NCBI GenBank assembly: GCA_965205605.1
Contig: CBDBHE010000002.1
Coordinates: 96,001-160,000 of the forward strand
From: Spirochaetota bacterium
GTDB taxonomy: Bacteria; Spirochaetota; UBA12135; COTS27; CBDBHE01
Direction of reading: 5' to 3'
DNA: 64,000 bases
The position numbers and the translations under genes were made by a program. Positions 18,734-27,494 of this stretch are shown here, one piece after another. Within the stretch, counting starts at the first letter, position 1. Each line of letters opens with the position of its first letter. The notes beneath the pieces are model-generated. The model was not told where the DNA came from, did no database searches, and saw nothing but the letters and a program-made list of their open reading frames with translations.

Positions 18734-20065
18734 ATGAAAATAGCAGTTATTGGGACAGGTTATGTAGGCTTAGTAGCTGGGACTTGTTTTTCGGAGATAG
18801 GAAACGAAGTTATTTGCATTGATATTAACAAAGAAAAAATAGATGCTTTAAATCGAATTGAAATCCCTATTTATGAGCCAGGTTTAGAAGATTTAATTAG
18901 ACAAAACAAAGAAAAAAAACGGCTTTTTTTTTCAACAAAAATTGAAGAAGCTATTAAAAAATCACTCATTATTTTTATTGCTGTAGGGACACCACCGGGA
19001 GAAGATGGATCGGCTGATTTAAAACATGTGTTAAGTGTTGCAAGAACTATTGGGGAAAATCTAAATAATTATAAAGTTATTGTCAATAAGTCAACAGTCC
19101 CTATTGGGACAGGAGAGAAAGTTGAAAATTTAATTAAATCGGTTAATTCAACCCCTTTTGAAATTGTTAGTAACCCTGAGTTTTTAAAAGAAGGGACAGC
19201 TGTTAATAATTTTTTAAAACCCGATCGAGTGATTATTGGTACCAAGAGTGAGAAAGCTTGGAAATTAATGAAGCAACTATATTCTCCGTTTGTTCGTAAT
19301 TTAAATCCGATTATTCGTATGGAAGTCAAAAGTGCTGAAATGACAAAATATGCTTGTAATGCGATGCTAGCAACTCGTATTTCTTTTATGAATGAAATGG
19401 CTAATTTATGTGAATTCGTTGGAGCTAATATCTCCGATGTGCGTTTAGGTATGCAAAGTGATCCAAGAATTGGAAAAGAATTTCTTTATCCAGGCATTGG
19501 TTATGGAGGTTCTTGTTTTCCAAAGGATGTCAAAGCTATTATTTCAACAGCAAAACAGTTTGATTTAGAGTTTGGTCTTCTTAAACAAGTTGAAAACGTT
19601 AATGAAAATCAAAAAACTCTTTTAGTCAATAAAATTAAAAAACACTTTGGCGATAGATTAGAAGGCTTTTCTTTTGGCATATGGGGGCTTTCTTTTAAAC
19701 CTAAAACAGATGATATAAGAGAAGCGCCTGCAATTGCGCTCATTGATTCTCTGCTTTCACTTGGGGCTTCTTTAAGAGTGCATGATCCTAAGGCGACTGA
19801 GGAAGCTAAGAAAATTTTTGGTCAAAATAAAAATGTCGAATTTTTTACGGATCATTACCAGCTTTTAAAAGAAGTTGATGCTCTTATTTTATGTACCGAA
19901 TGGAATGAATACAAACTAGTCGATTTCGAAAAAATGAAAACTTTAATGAAAAATCCTGTTTTGTTTGATGGAAGAAATATTTGGGTTAATGCTCCTATTG
20001 AAAATCAATTTGAGTGGTATGGGATTGGTTATGCAAAAAAACATTCAATTAATTTTAATTATTGA
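18734..20065 (+). CDS. ugd: UDP-glucose 6-dehydrogenase
   Basis: IGTGYVGL, PIYEPGL, KSTVPIGT, SNPEFLKEG, GYGGSCFPKD, FKPKTDDIRE, DGRN. Confidence 0.96.
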   Translation: MKIAVIGTGYVGLVAGTCFSEIGNEVICIDINKEKIDALNRIEIPIYEPGLEDLIRQNKEKKRLFFSTKIEEAIKKSLIIFIAVGTPPGEDGSADLKHVLSVARTIGENLNNYKVIVNKSTVPIGTGEKVENLIKSVNSTPFEIVSNPEFLKEGTAVNNFLKPDRVIIGTKSEKAWKLMKQLYSPFVRNLNPIIRMEVKSAEMTKYACNAMLATRISFMNEMANLCEFVGANISDVRLGMQSDPRIGKEFLYPGIGYGGSCFPKDVKAIISTAKQFDLEFGLLKQVENVNENQKTLLVNKIKKHFGDRLEGFSFGIWGLSFKPKTDDIREAPAIALIDSLLSLGASLRVHDPKATEEAKKIFGQNKNVEFFTDHYQLLKEVDALILCTEWNEYKLVDFEKMKTLMKNPVLFDGRNIWVNAPIENQFEWYGIGYAKKHSINFNY

Positions 20066-20072
20066 AATTTTT

Positions 20073-21224
20073 TTGAAACTCAAAAATACTTTATTAGATT
20101 GGATTTCTCAACAATTAATTAATTGGTTTCAAATTAATAAAAGAGATCTTCCCTGGCGAAAAAAAAGAAATCCTTACTCTGTTTGGATTTCTGAAATTAT
20201 GTTACAACAAACTCAAGTGGTAACGGTAATCCCTTATTATCTTAAGTGGATAAAATCTCTGCCTTCAATAGAATCGGTTTCAAAAGCCGATGAAGATTTC
20301 CTTCTCAAGCTTTGGCAAGGGCTTGGTTATTATTCTAGAGTGCGTAATATTCATAAAGCAGCAAAATGGATGGTTTTAAATCATCAAGGACAATTTCCAA
20401 AAGATTATCAACAGATAATCAATCTGCCAGGAATAGGAAATTATACAGCAGGTGCGATTAGTAGTATTGCTTTTGGAAAAAGAGTAGTGTTTGTGGATGG
20501 AAATGTTGAGCGAGTTCTTGCTCGGTTTTTTGCTTTAGAAGAACCTATTGAACAACTAAGAAGTCAAAAAATTATTTGGAATCTCGCTGAAAAATTGCTT
20601 CCTAAAAAAAATATCGATGATTTTAATGAATCTCTTATGGAGCTTGGAGCAACTTTGTGTACTCCCACTAAAGGATTTTGCACAGAGTGTCCTCTCGGTC
20701 AAAAATGCCTTGCTTTTAAGAAAAATAAAGTTAACAAGATTCCTTTTCGTCAAAAAAAAATTAAAACAATTAAAAGAACAGCTGTGAGTTTTGTGCTTTA
20801 TCAAAATAACTTTGATCCACTAAAAAAAGAAACAAAGTACTTGCTTTACCGTAGAAGAAAAAATGAAATCATGGGAGGACTTTTTGAATTCCCAACAATT
20901 GATCAAGATGAATTTAAAAAAATAAATAAATTACTCTTTAAAAAAAAAGAAATTCTAGAAGATCTTTTTAAAAAAAAATATGGCTTTATGATTAAAATTA
21001 AAGACTCTTTTTTTTCTTTAAAGCATTCCTATACTAAGTATCGCGTTGATTTAGAAGTTTTTTTTGCTTTTTTTAAAGCAGATGAAAAAAATAATTATCT
21101 TTTTAATGAAATGAATTCTAATTTATGTTGGGTTAATAGGGTTGAGTTTGAGCGTTGCCCCATGAATTCTTCAGGTGCTAAAATTGCCAAAAAACTTTTT
21201 TCATTACAAAAAAAATTTAACTAA
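20073..21224 (+). CDS. mutY: A/G-specific adenine glycosylase
   Basis: RDLPWR, WISEIMLQQTQV, WQGLGYYSR, LPGIGNYTAGAI, VDGNVERV, 4Fe-4S motif C-X6-C-X2-C-X5-C, C-terminal NUDIX-like domain; start uncertain (TTG 20073 or ATG 20031). Confidence 0.95.
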   Translation: MKLKNTLLDWISQQLINWFQINKRDLPWRKKRNPYSVWISEIMLQQTQVVTVIPYYLKWIKSLPSIESVSKADEDFLLKLWQGLGYYSRVRNIHKAAKWMVLNHQGQFPKDYQQIINLPGIGNYTAGAISSIAFGKRVVFVDGNVERVLARFFALEEPIEQLRSQKIIWNLAEKLLPKKNIDDFNESLMELGATLCTPTKGFCTECPLGQKCLAFKKNKVNKIPFRQKKIKTIKRTAVSFVLYQNNFDPLKKETKYLLYRRRKNEIMGGLFEFPTIDQDEFKKINKLLFKKKEILEDLFKKKYGFMIKIKDSFFSLKHSYTKYRVDLEVFFAFFKADEKNNYLFNEMNSNLCWVNRVEFERCPMNSSGAKIAKKLFSLQKKFN

Positions 21225-21307
21225 TCTTTTATCAATAAAACCCTCTTTTGAACCTTCTTTTTTTAATGTAATGTTATGATATTTTCATCTTTTCAAAATT
21301 AAAACCA

Positions 21308-22977
21308 TTGAAAAAATACTCTCCTTCTTTTTTTCCCAAAGTGAGTTTAGCTTTAATTGCCTTTGCAATGGGAGCAAGTGGACTTGCTTATGAATACACA
21401 TTTAGTAAGTTAAGCTCGGATTTACTTGGATTTTCAGCAAAGCAGTGGGCGTTTGTCATTGCTTTAATGATGCTTTTTATGGGGATTGGTTCGGACTTAC
21501 AAAAACATTTAAAAGATAAATTTCTTTTTGAAAAATTTATTTTAATGGAAATTATTCTTAGTCTTGTAGGAGGATTCGCTCCTATAATATTGCTTTATCT
21601 TTTTGGAGCACAAAGAGATTTTTTTGTTTTGTTTCAATTTCTTTTTATTGCTTTAGTAGGTTTATTAGTGGGAACGGAAATTCCTATTATGATTCGTTTG
21701 AATGCTCAGTATGAAAAAAAATTGAAAGTTAATTTAAGTGGGATTCTTCGTATGGATTATATTGGGGGATTTTTTGGAGCTCTTTTTTGGTTATATCTTT
21801 TGATTCGTTTTAGAAATATTTCTCAAATAGGGCTTGTTTTTGGTATTTTTAATTTAATGGCGACTTTTTGGGCTTTTTATTATTTTAGGACTCTTACAAG
21901 ATATACGTTTGTTTTTTTGTTGACGATTGTTTTAGTTTTAAGTATTTGTTTTTGTTCTCTTTTTTTTATTCCTAAATGGACTCTTTTTTTTGAACAGCAG
22001 CTTTTTAGAAATCAAGTCGTTTTTTCAAAAACAACTCCCTATCAGCATATTGTGCTTACAAAGTCGTCTTCAGGAATTTTTTATTGTTATATTAATGGAA
22101 ATACACAATTTTCTAGTTTTGATGAACACATCTATCATGAAATGTTGGTACACCCAGCGATGTTAGCTGCTAAAAGCCATGCGAATATTTTGATTTTAGG
22201 GGGAGGAGATGGGCTGGCTTTAAGAGAAATTTTAAAGTATAAAACTGTTGAAAAAGTTACTTTAGTTGATATTGATCCTCAAATGACGGAGTTTGCTAGA
22301 ACAAACCCTTATTTTCTTAAACTCAATCAAGGAAGTTTGAATCATGAAAAAGTCACAATTATCTCTAATAAAGAAATTACTAATAAAGAAAAAACAGCTT
22401 TTTATCTCCCCGATAGACGCTCGAGACCGATTGGTTTAGAAAAAAAAATGGGGGAAGTTTTTTTAATTCATATGGATGCGGCGGCTTACATTGATCAAGT
22501 AAAAGATTTTTATGATGTTATTATTTTGGATTTTCCTGACCCTAATCAATTGGGACTTGTGAAATTGTATTCACTTAGTTTTTATAAAAAATTACAAGAA
22601 AAATTAAGGCCTTATGGGATTATTGCTCAACAAGCCACTTCATCTGTTTATTCTAAAGAAACTTTTTTGTGTATAGGCAGGACTCTTAAAAAAGCAGGGT
22701 TTAGTGCTAAAGGGTATCATGAAGTAGTGCCTACTTTTGGAGACTGGGGGATTTTGGCTTGCCACTGCTAAACAAGATGCATCTGAAGAAATGATTGAGA
22801 AAAAACTTTTATCAATAAAAAAGATCCCTGTTGAGACAAAATATTTTTTCTGCACCTGTTTTAGGGCGTTCTTTAATTTTTGGGAAAGATTTTTTTAAAA
22901 CTGAAAAAGAGGGTTACAATACACTTTTAAATCATTTGATTTTTTATCTGTATCAAGAAGAAATTAAAAAATTTTAA
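21308..22977 (+). CDS. speE: membrane-bound polyamine aminopropyltransferase (long spermidine synthase-like, multi-TM N-terminus); two extra bases near the 3' end
   Basis: TM domain (SGLAYE, GIGS, GTEIP, DYIG); TPYQHI, QFSSFDEHIYHEMLVHP, LGGGDG, VDIDP, DFPDP; removing one G (22746-22750) and one T (22844-22849) restores FGDWGF...LIFGKD...NTL to a stop at 22975-22977. Confidence 0.88.
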
Positions 22978-23033
22978 GATTCAATTTTTAGCTAATTCGT
23001 TTAAATTTCTTTATATTTTAAATTAATTTTAAT

Positions 23034-23067
23034 TTGCAATAGCTTATTTATGTTATAATGAGCTCAT
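23034..23067 (+). promoter_or_regulatory. candidate extended -10 promoter with overlapping palindrome
   Basis: TGtTATAAT at 23051-23059, TTGCAA at 23034-23039, perfect palindrome ATGAGCTCAT at 23058-23067. Confidence 0.4.
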
Positions 23068-23068
23068 A

Positions 23069-23941
23069 ATGCATTTGCACCCTAGCTTTCTTTTTTTATT
23101 AACAGGTTTTTTATTTATATGGACTTGTGGGACTTGCTCAAAGGCTATTAGTAATCAGCAAAAAGTAAGTCAAGGGGGGCGTCATTTTAAAACATCCCTT
23201 TCAGAAGAAGCCTCAAAAGGTCTTGATTTAGAATCTCTTGTGGGAATTGTAAAAGAAGTCAAAACAGCAGAAGAGTTTGAGTCAACTCTTAATCAACCAA
23301 ATGGGATTAATAATCTTGATCTTAATGGAGATGGGAAAGTTGATTATATTAATGTAACAGAGTATGGCAGTAAAGCCAAAGCCAGTAAAGCGTATGGATT
23401 TTCGTTAACAACAGAAGTCGAAAAAGGTGAAGTCCAAGAATTAGCTACTGTTGAAATGACGAGTTCTGGAAATCAAGTGGATGTTCAAGTGGGAGGAAAT
23501 GAACAGATTTATGGGAGAGGTTCTTATTATAATTCGTATTTTCCTGTTAGTTCTTTTTTACTGTGGTCTTATTTGTTAACACCACATCCTTTTTATGCCT
23601 CTCCTTGGGGATATGGTTATTATCCGGGTTCTTATTATCCGTATTCGCGTGTGCCTTACGGGGCTTATTCTTCAAGAACAGAGCAGTATAAAAGAAATAC
23701 AGGGGTGCAAAAAACATCTTCGTTAAAAAATACAGGTCTTAATAATCCCAATAGAGGTAAAAGAGCCGATTCTGGGATTAGAAGAAGTCTTAAAAATCCA
23801 ACGACTTCTCAAAAAAGTTTTCAAAGTAGGAATGTTAATCGACGTGCCTCTAGTGGAGGTTTTGGGAGACGCTCTAGTTCGTTTAGAAGTGCTAGGGGTA
23901 TTAATTCTTCATCGAGAAGTTTCGGTGGATTTGGGAAGTAA
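23069..23941 (+). CDS. exported (possible lipoprotein) hypothetical protein with EF-hand-like loop and Arg/Ser/Gly-rich tail
   Basis: Hydrophobic N-terminus with Cys; DLNGDGKVDY; Tyr/Pro-rich segment; C-terminal SSRSFGGFGK. Confidence 0.8.
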   Translation: MHLHPSFLFLLTGFLFIWTCGTCSKAISNQQKVSQGGRHFKTSLSEEASKGLDLESLVGIVKEVKTAEEFESTLNQPNGINNLDLNGDGKVDYINVTEYGSKAKASKAYGFSLTTEVEKGEVQELATVEMTSSGNQVDVQVGGNEQIYGRGSYYNSYFPVSSFLLWSYLLTPHPFYASPWGYGYYPGSYYPYSRVPYGAYSSRTEQYKRNTGVQKTSSLKNTGLNNPNRGKRADSGIRRSLKNPTTSQKSFQSRNVNRRASSGGFGRRSSSFRSARGINSSSRSFGGFGK

Positions 23942-23946
23942 TTTTA

Positions 23947-24846
23947 TTGATGTTTGAATTATTAAAAAACACCATTATTCAAGATTATTTGGTTTTTGAT
24001 GTTGCGTTTGAGTATATTCACTGGGAATCTTTAATTTTTGTTTTAGAGGCTTTTGTTTTACTTTATTTAGGCAAGTTGCTCCATGGTTTTTTTTCTCCTT
24101 ATAAAGCAAATGAACAACTTGTTAAGTTAGATAATAAAGCGTTTTCGGTTTCTTTTTCAGGTTACATAATGGGAATTGGTTTAATTATTTTTAGTGTGAT
24201 TAAAGAAGGGGAGACTTTTTCATTATATTTTGATTTATTTGAAGTTGCTTTTTGGAGTTTTGTTGGGATTTTACTTCTTAATTTATCAAGATTTATTAAT
24301 GATCGATTGATTCTTTACAAATTTGATAATGTTAAAGAGATTTTAAAAGATAAAAATATTGGTACAGGAGCTGTTCAATTTGGAAGCTATTTTGGTTCGG
24401 CGATTGTTTTAAGTGCCTTGATTTCTCAACCAGCAAGTGATCCTTTTTTAATAGATGTTTTTAATACGATTATTTATTTTTTTATCACGCAACTCTTTTT
24501 TGTTTTATTTGGTTTTATTTATCAAAAAATAACAGTTTATGATTTTCATGAAGAAATTGAAAGAGATAACGCAGCAGCAGGAGTTAGTTTTGGCTTAACC
24601 CTTGTGGCTATAGGCATTGTCATAGCGCATCCTTTAAAGAGTAGTTATGGTATTGTTTCTTTTTTCATTTGGTTTGTTAATGGAGTAGTTCTTTTAGCTT
24701 TATCACGTTTTTTAATTGATAAAGTAATGATTAGAGGGGTATCCTTAGAGGATGAAATTAAAAATGACCAAAATTGGGGTGTTGCTCTTTTAGAAGGTGG
24801 GATTGCGATTACGGTTGCTTTTATACTGCAGGCTTCTTTTACGTAA
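23947..24846 (+). CDS. tandem DUF350 (YjfL-like) membrane protein
   Basis: Repeated motif EQLVKLDNKAFS / EILKDKNIGTG / EEIERDNAAAG / EIKNDQNWGVA between TM helices, typical of duplicated DUF350. Confidence 0.85.
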   Translation: MMFELLKNTIIQDYLVFDVAFEYIHWESLIFVLEAFVLLYLGKLLHGFFSPYKANEQLVKLDNKAFSVSFSGYIMGIGLIIFSVIKEGETFSLYFDLFEVAFWSFVGILLLNLSRFINDRLILYKFDNVKEILKDKNIGTGAVQFGSYFGSAIVLSALISQPASDPFLIDVFNTIIYFFITQLFFVLFGFIYQKITVYDFHEEIERDNAAAGVSFGLTLVAIGIVIAHPLKSSYGIVSFFIWFVNGVVLLALSRFLIDKVMIRGVSLEDEIKNDQNWGVALLEGGIAITVAFILQASFT

Positions 24847-24909
24847 TAAATAGTATTATCAAAAATTGATATATAAATAAGAGTGTAATTAAAAATTAAT
24901 TTTAATTTT

Positions 24910-25701
24910 ATGGCTTTTTTTCTTGATACTAATCAAAAAAAGCAATTCGCTGGAATTTTTTTATTAGAAAAAATTATTAATGAAAAAAAAGCTTTTGATA
25001 TTTTTTTAGAGAACAATGATAAAGATTTAGAGCCCGTTTTTGAGTACCTCATGATGCATTCGTATATAAAAATTAAAAATGAGAAATTTTACATAGAAAC
25101 AGAAAAAGGAAACGATTTACTTAAAAAATTTGCACTTCGTTATAGAGATTTTCTAAGATTTTTTGATATTTATAATGCAGTGGATTTAGCAGAAGGTGCT
25201 TTTGCTTTTGAGTCTTACTTTGACTTTGAAGTAGATCAACAGTGGCAGATTTTTTTACAAGATCAAAGATGGGAGGATCTTAGAATTGCTGTTGCTGTTT
25301 TTAAAAAAATTAATCCAATTGAAATTGTTTTTATGAGTTTTATTCGAGAAAAGCGTTTTGGATTTACAGAGAAGTCTGGATGGCAATTTGATCTTCTTTT
25401 AGGTTCGGTTTGGGAAGAAATTTTAGATATTTGTAATACCGCTTTAAAAATGGAAGAGTTAGCTTATTTTGATGAAGAAATAAAGACGAATGTTAGTGGA
25501 GAAGAGGTTATTAAAGATATTATTATCCAAGGAGCTCAGTTGAATAAAAAACTGTTTCAAAAAGAAGGAGAGAGAGACAATCAATTAAATGGTTTTTGTG
25601 GTTCTTTAGAAGAGATTAGAGAAAATATTTTAAAAACATATGATAATTACTTAAATCCGTATTATCTTCCTGATTATTGGAAGGGAGGAATTTTAAATTA
25701 G
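24910..25701 (+). CDS. hypothetical cytoplasmic protein with possible N-terminal winged-helix fold
   Basis: LEPVFEYLMMHSYIKIKNEKFYIETEKGNDLL resembles a wHTH wing followed by the TEKG helix; acidic, aromatic-rich C-terminal domain. Confidence 0.7.
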   Translation: MAFFLDTNQKKQFAGIFLLEKIINEKKAFDIFLENNDKDLEPVFEYLMMHSYIKIKNEKFYIETEKGNDLLKKFALRYRDFLRFFDIYNAVDLAEGAFAFESYFDFEVDQQWQIFLQDQRWEDLRIAVAVFKKINPIEIVFMSFIREKRFGFTEKSGWQFDLLLGSVWEEILDICNTALKMEELAYFDEEIKTNVSGEEVIKDIIIQGAQLNKKLFQKEGERDNQLNGFCGSLEEIRENILKTYDNYLNPYYLPDYWKGGILN

Positions 25702-25707
25702 AGGTAA

Positions 25708-26133
25708 ATGATGACAGAAAATTTTGATCAAGTGTGTGTAAGATCTAAAAAAGAAGATGGACTTGTTGATTTTTTAAGAGAAAGAGATTTTCAAGTAGAA
25801 ATATTACAAGAAGATTTATTAAAGGTTTCTAGTCCAGAAATTATTGATGTGTATATTCACATTAAAAACCAATCACTTTTTTTTGAAATAGAAATAGGGA
25901 TCATAGAAAATTTTGCTAGTGAAGAACTGTATAAAAAATTACTTGATTTAAATACAGAGATTCTTCCTGTCAGTTTGGGCTTGGATACAACTTCATCAGA
26001 GAAGCCAAGACTTGTGATTGTTGAAAGCAGAGAAATCAAAAATTTAGATGAAAATGAGATTCTTTGTGTTTTTGAAGCTTTTGAAATTGCTTCTGCTAAA
26101 GTAGAAGTTATTTTAAGCCAGTATATTAAATAA
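25708..26133 (+). CDS. CesT/YbjN/YjfI (DUF2170)-like chaperone-fold protein
   Basis: 141 aa, acidic; LFFEIEIG ... LYKKLLDLNTEILPVSLGLD ... NLDENEI, a type III chaperone-like pattern; directly upstream of pspA. Confidence 0.7.
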   Translation: MMTENFDQVCVRSKKEDGLVDFLRERDFQVEILQEDLLKVSSPEIIDVYIHIKNQSLFFEIEIGIIENFASEELYKKLLDLNTEILPVSLGLDTTSSEKPRLVIVESREIKNLDENEILCVFEAFEIASAKVEVILSQYIK

Positions 26134-26147
26134 AAAAGGAGATTTTT

Positions 26148-26828
26148 ATGGGTGTTTTTTCTCGTTTGTTGAAAGTAGGTCAAGCAAAAGCAAATCAAAT
26201 TGTTGATAATTTAGAAAAACCTGAAATTATGTTAGAACAAGCAATTTTAGATCAGGAAAAACAAATTAGGCAAGCTAAGGCTAATGTACAACAAGTCATT
26301 GCTACAGAAAGGCAAACAAAAGCTCTTTTAGATAAAGAAGGTAATGAAAAAACTAATTGGGAAGAAAGAGCTAAAGCTGCTCTTAAGGCAAATGAAGAAA
26401 CTCTTGCTACTAAAGCCCTTCAGCGTTCAGAAGAACATGAAAAAAAAATGATCGCTTTACAACCCACTTGGGAAGTACAAAGAAAAGATGTGGAAAGCTT
26501 AAAGCAAGATATCCAAAAAATGGAAAATGAACTTGCAGAATTAAAGCGAGATAAAGATATTATTGTCGCTCAATCAAAAGCAGCTGAAGTTAAAAAAACA
26601 ATTTATGAAGCAAAAGCTAAAATCGGTAAAAATTCTACAGCCGATTTAATCGCTAGAATGAAAGCGAAATCTGAAAGACAAAATTTTGAAGCTCAAGCAG
26701 CTAAAGAACTTTTAGACGTTGGAGGAGACTCTTTAGAAAAAGACTTTGAAAAAATTGAAAGAAGTGCTACAACCAATCAATCGATTCAAAATAAATTAGA
26801 ATCTATGAAAAAAGAAATTGAGGGATAA
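26148..26828 (+). CDS. pspA: PspA/IM30 family protein (bacterial ESCRT-III homolog)
   Basis: MGVFSRL amphipathic N-terminus, LEKPEIMLEQAI, WEERAKAAL..E.LA..AL, coiled coil; RBS AGGAG. Confidence 0.95.
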   Translation: MGVFSRLLKVGQAKANQIVDNLEKPEIMLEQAILDQEKQIRQAKANVQQVIATERQTKALLDKEGNEKTNWEERAKAALKANEETLATKALQRSEEHEKKMIALQPTWEVQRKDVESLKQDIQKMENELAELKRDKDIIVAQSKAAEVKKTIYEAKAKIGKNSTADLIARMKAKSERQNFEAQAAKELLDVGGDSLEKDFEKIERSATTNQSIQNKLESMKKEIEG

Positions 26829-26842
26829 TGATTCTTTTCCAA

Positions 26843-27403
26843 TTATTTTTTTTCTTCTTCTTTTTCATATTTGATATAAATAGAAACTACAATACCAGAG
26901 ATAGCTCCAAACAAATGTTCTTCCCAGGAAATCCATTGATTAATAGGTAAAATACCAGATAATAAAGTCCCTCCATATAAAAAAGTAATTAGAAGACTAA
27001 TAAATATTTTTCCAAATTGTTTATGTAACCATCCTGAAATAGCAAGAAATGTAATTAACCCGTAAACAACTCCACTAATGCCAATATGAGAACCATTTCT
27101 TCCAATGATCCAAACAAAAATTCCAGTGATCAACATAATAATAAAAAAAACTTTCCAAAAAAAATCTTTATAAAAAGAAATTAAAAAAAAAGACAAAATA
27201 AACAAAGAGATCGAATTACTTAAAAGATGTGCAAAATTTCCGTGAATAAAAGGAGAAGAGAAAATACCTATTAAACCTAGTTTGGTTCGAGGAATGAGTC
27301 CATATTGTTTAAAATTAACCATTGGCAAAAGTGCGTCAATAATGAAAATGCCCCAGATAAAAATGATCAGGTAGGTTGATTTTTTTAAATTGTTGTAAAT
27401 CAT
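26843..27403 (-). CDS. rhomboid family intramembrane serine protease
   Basis: GLIPR, SPFIHGNFAHLLSNS, HIGISGVVYG (GxSG), SWEEHLFG. Confidence 0.93.
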   Translation of the reverse strand: MIYNNLKKSTYLIIFIWGIFIIDALLPMVNFKQYGLIPRTKLGLIGIFSSPFIHGNFAHLLSNSISLFILSFFLISFYKDFFWKVFFIIMLITGIFVWIIGRNGSHIGISGVVYGLITFLAISGWLHKQFGKIFISLLITFLYGGTLLSGILPINQWISWEEHLFGAISGIVVSIYIKYEKEEEKK

Positions 27404-27494
27404 ATTGGTTTCTCTTAAAATGAAAATAAATTTTTATTATTATATAATACGATGAATAGTTTTTATTTTTTTCAAATCAAAATAAATAAGTCTA

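Noticed and set aside
18571-18822. 83-aa ORF overlapping the ugd start
   Set aside because: Low-complexity AT-rich promoter region between the divergent rpsF and ugd genes; runs out of frame into ugd
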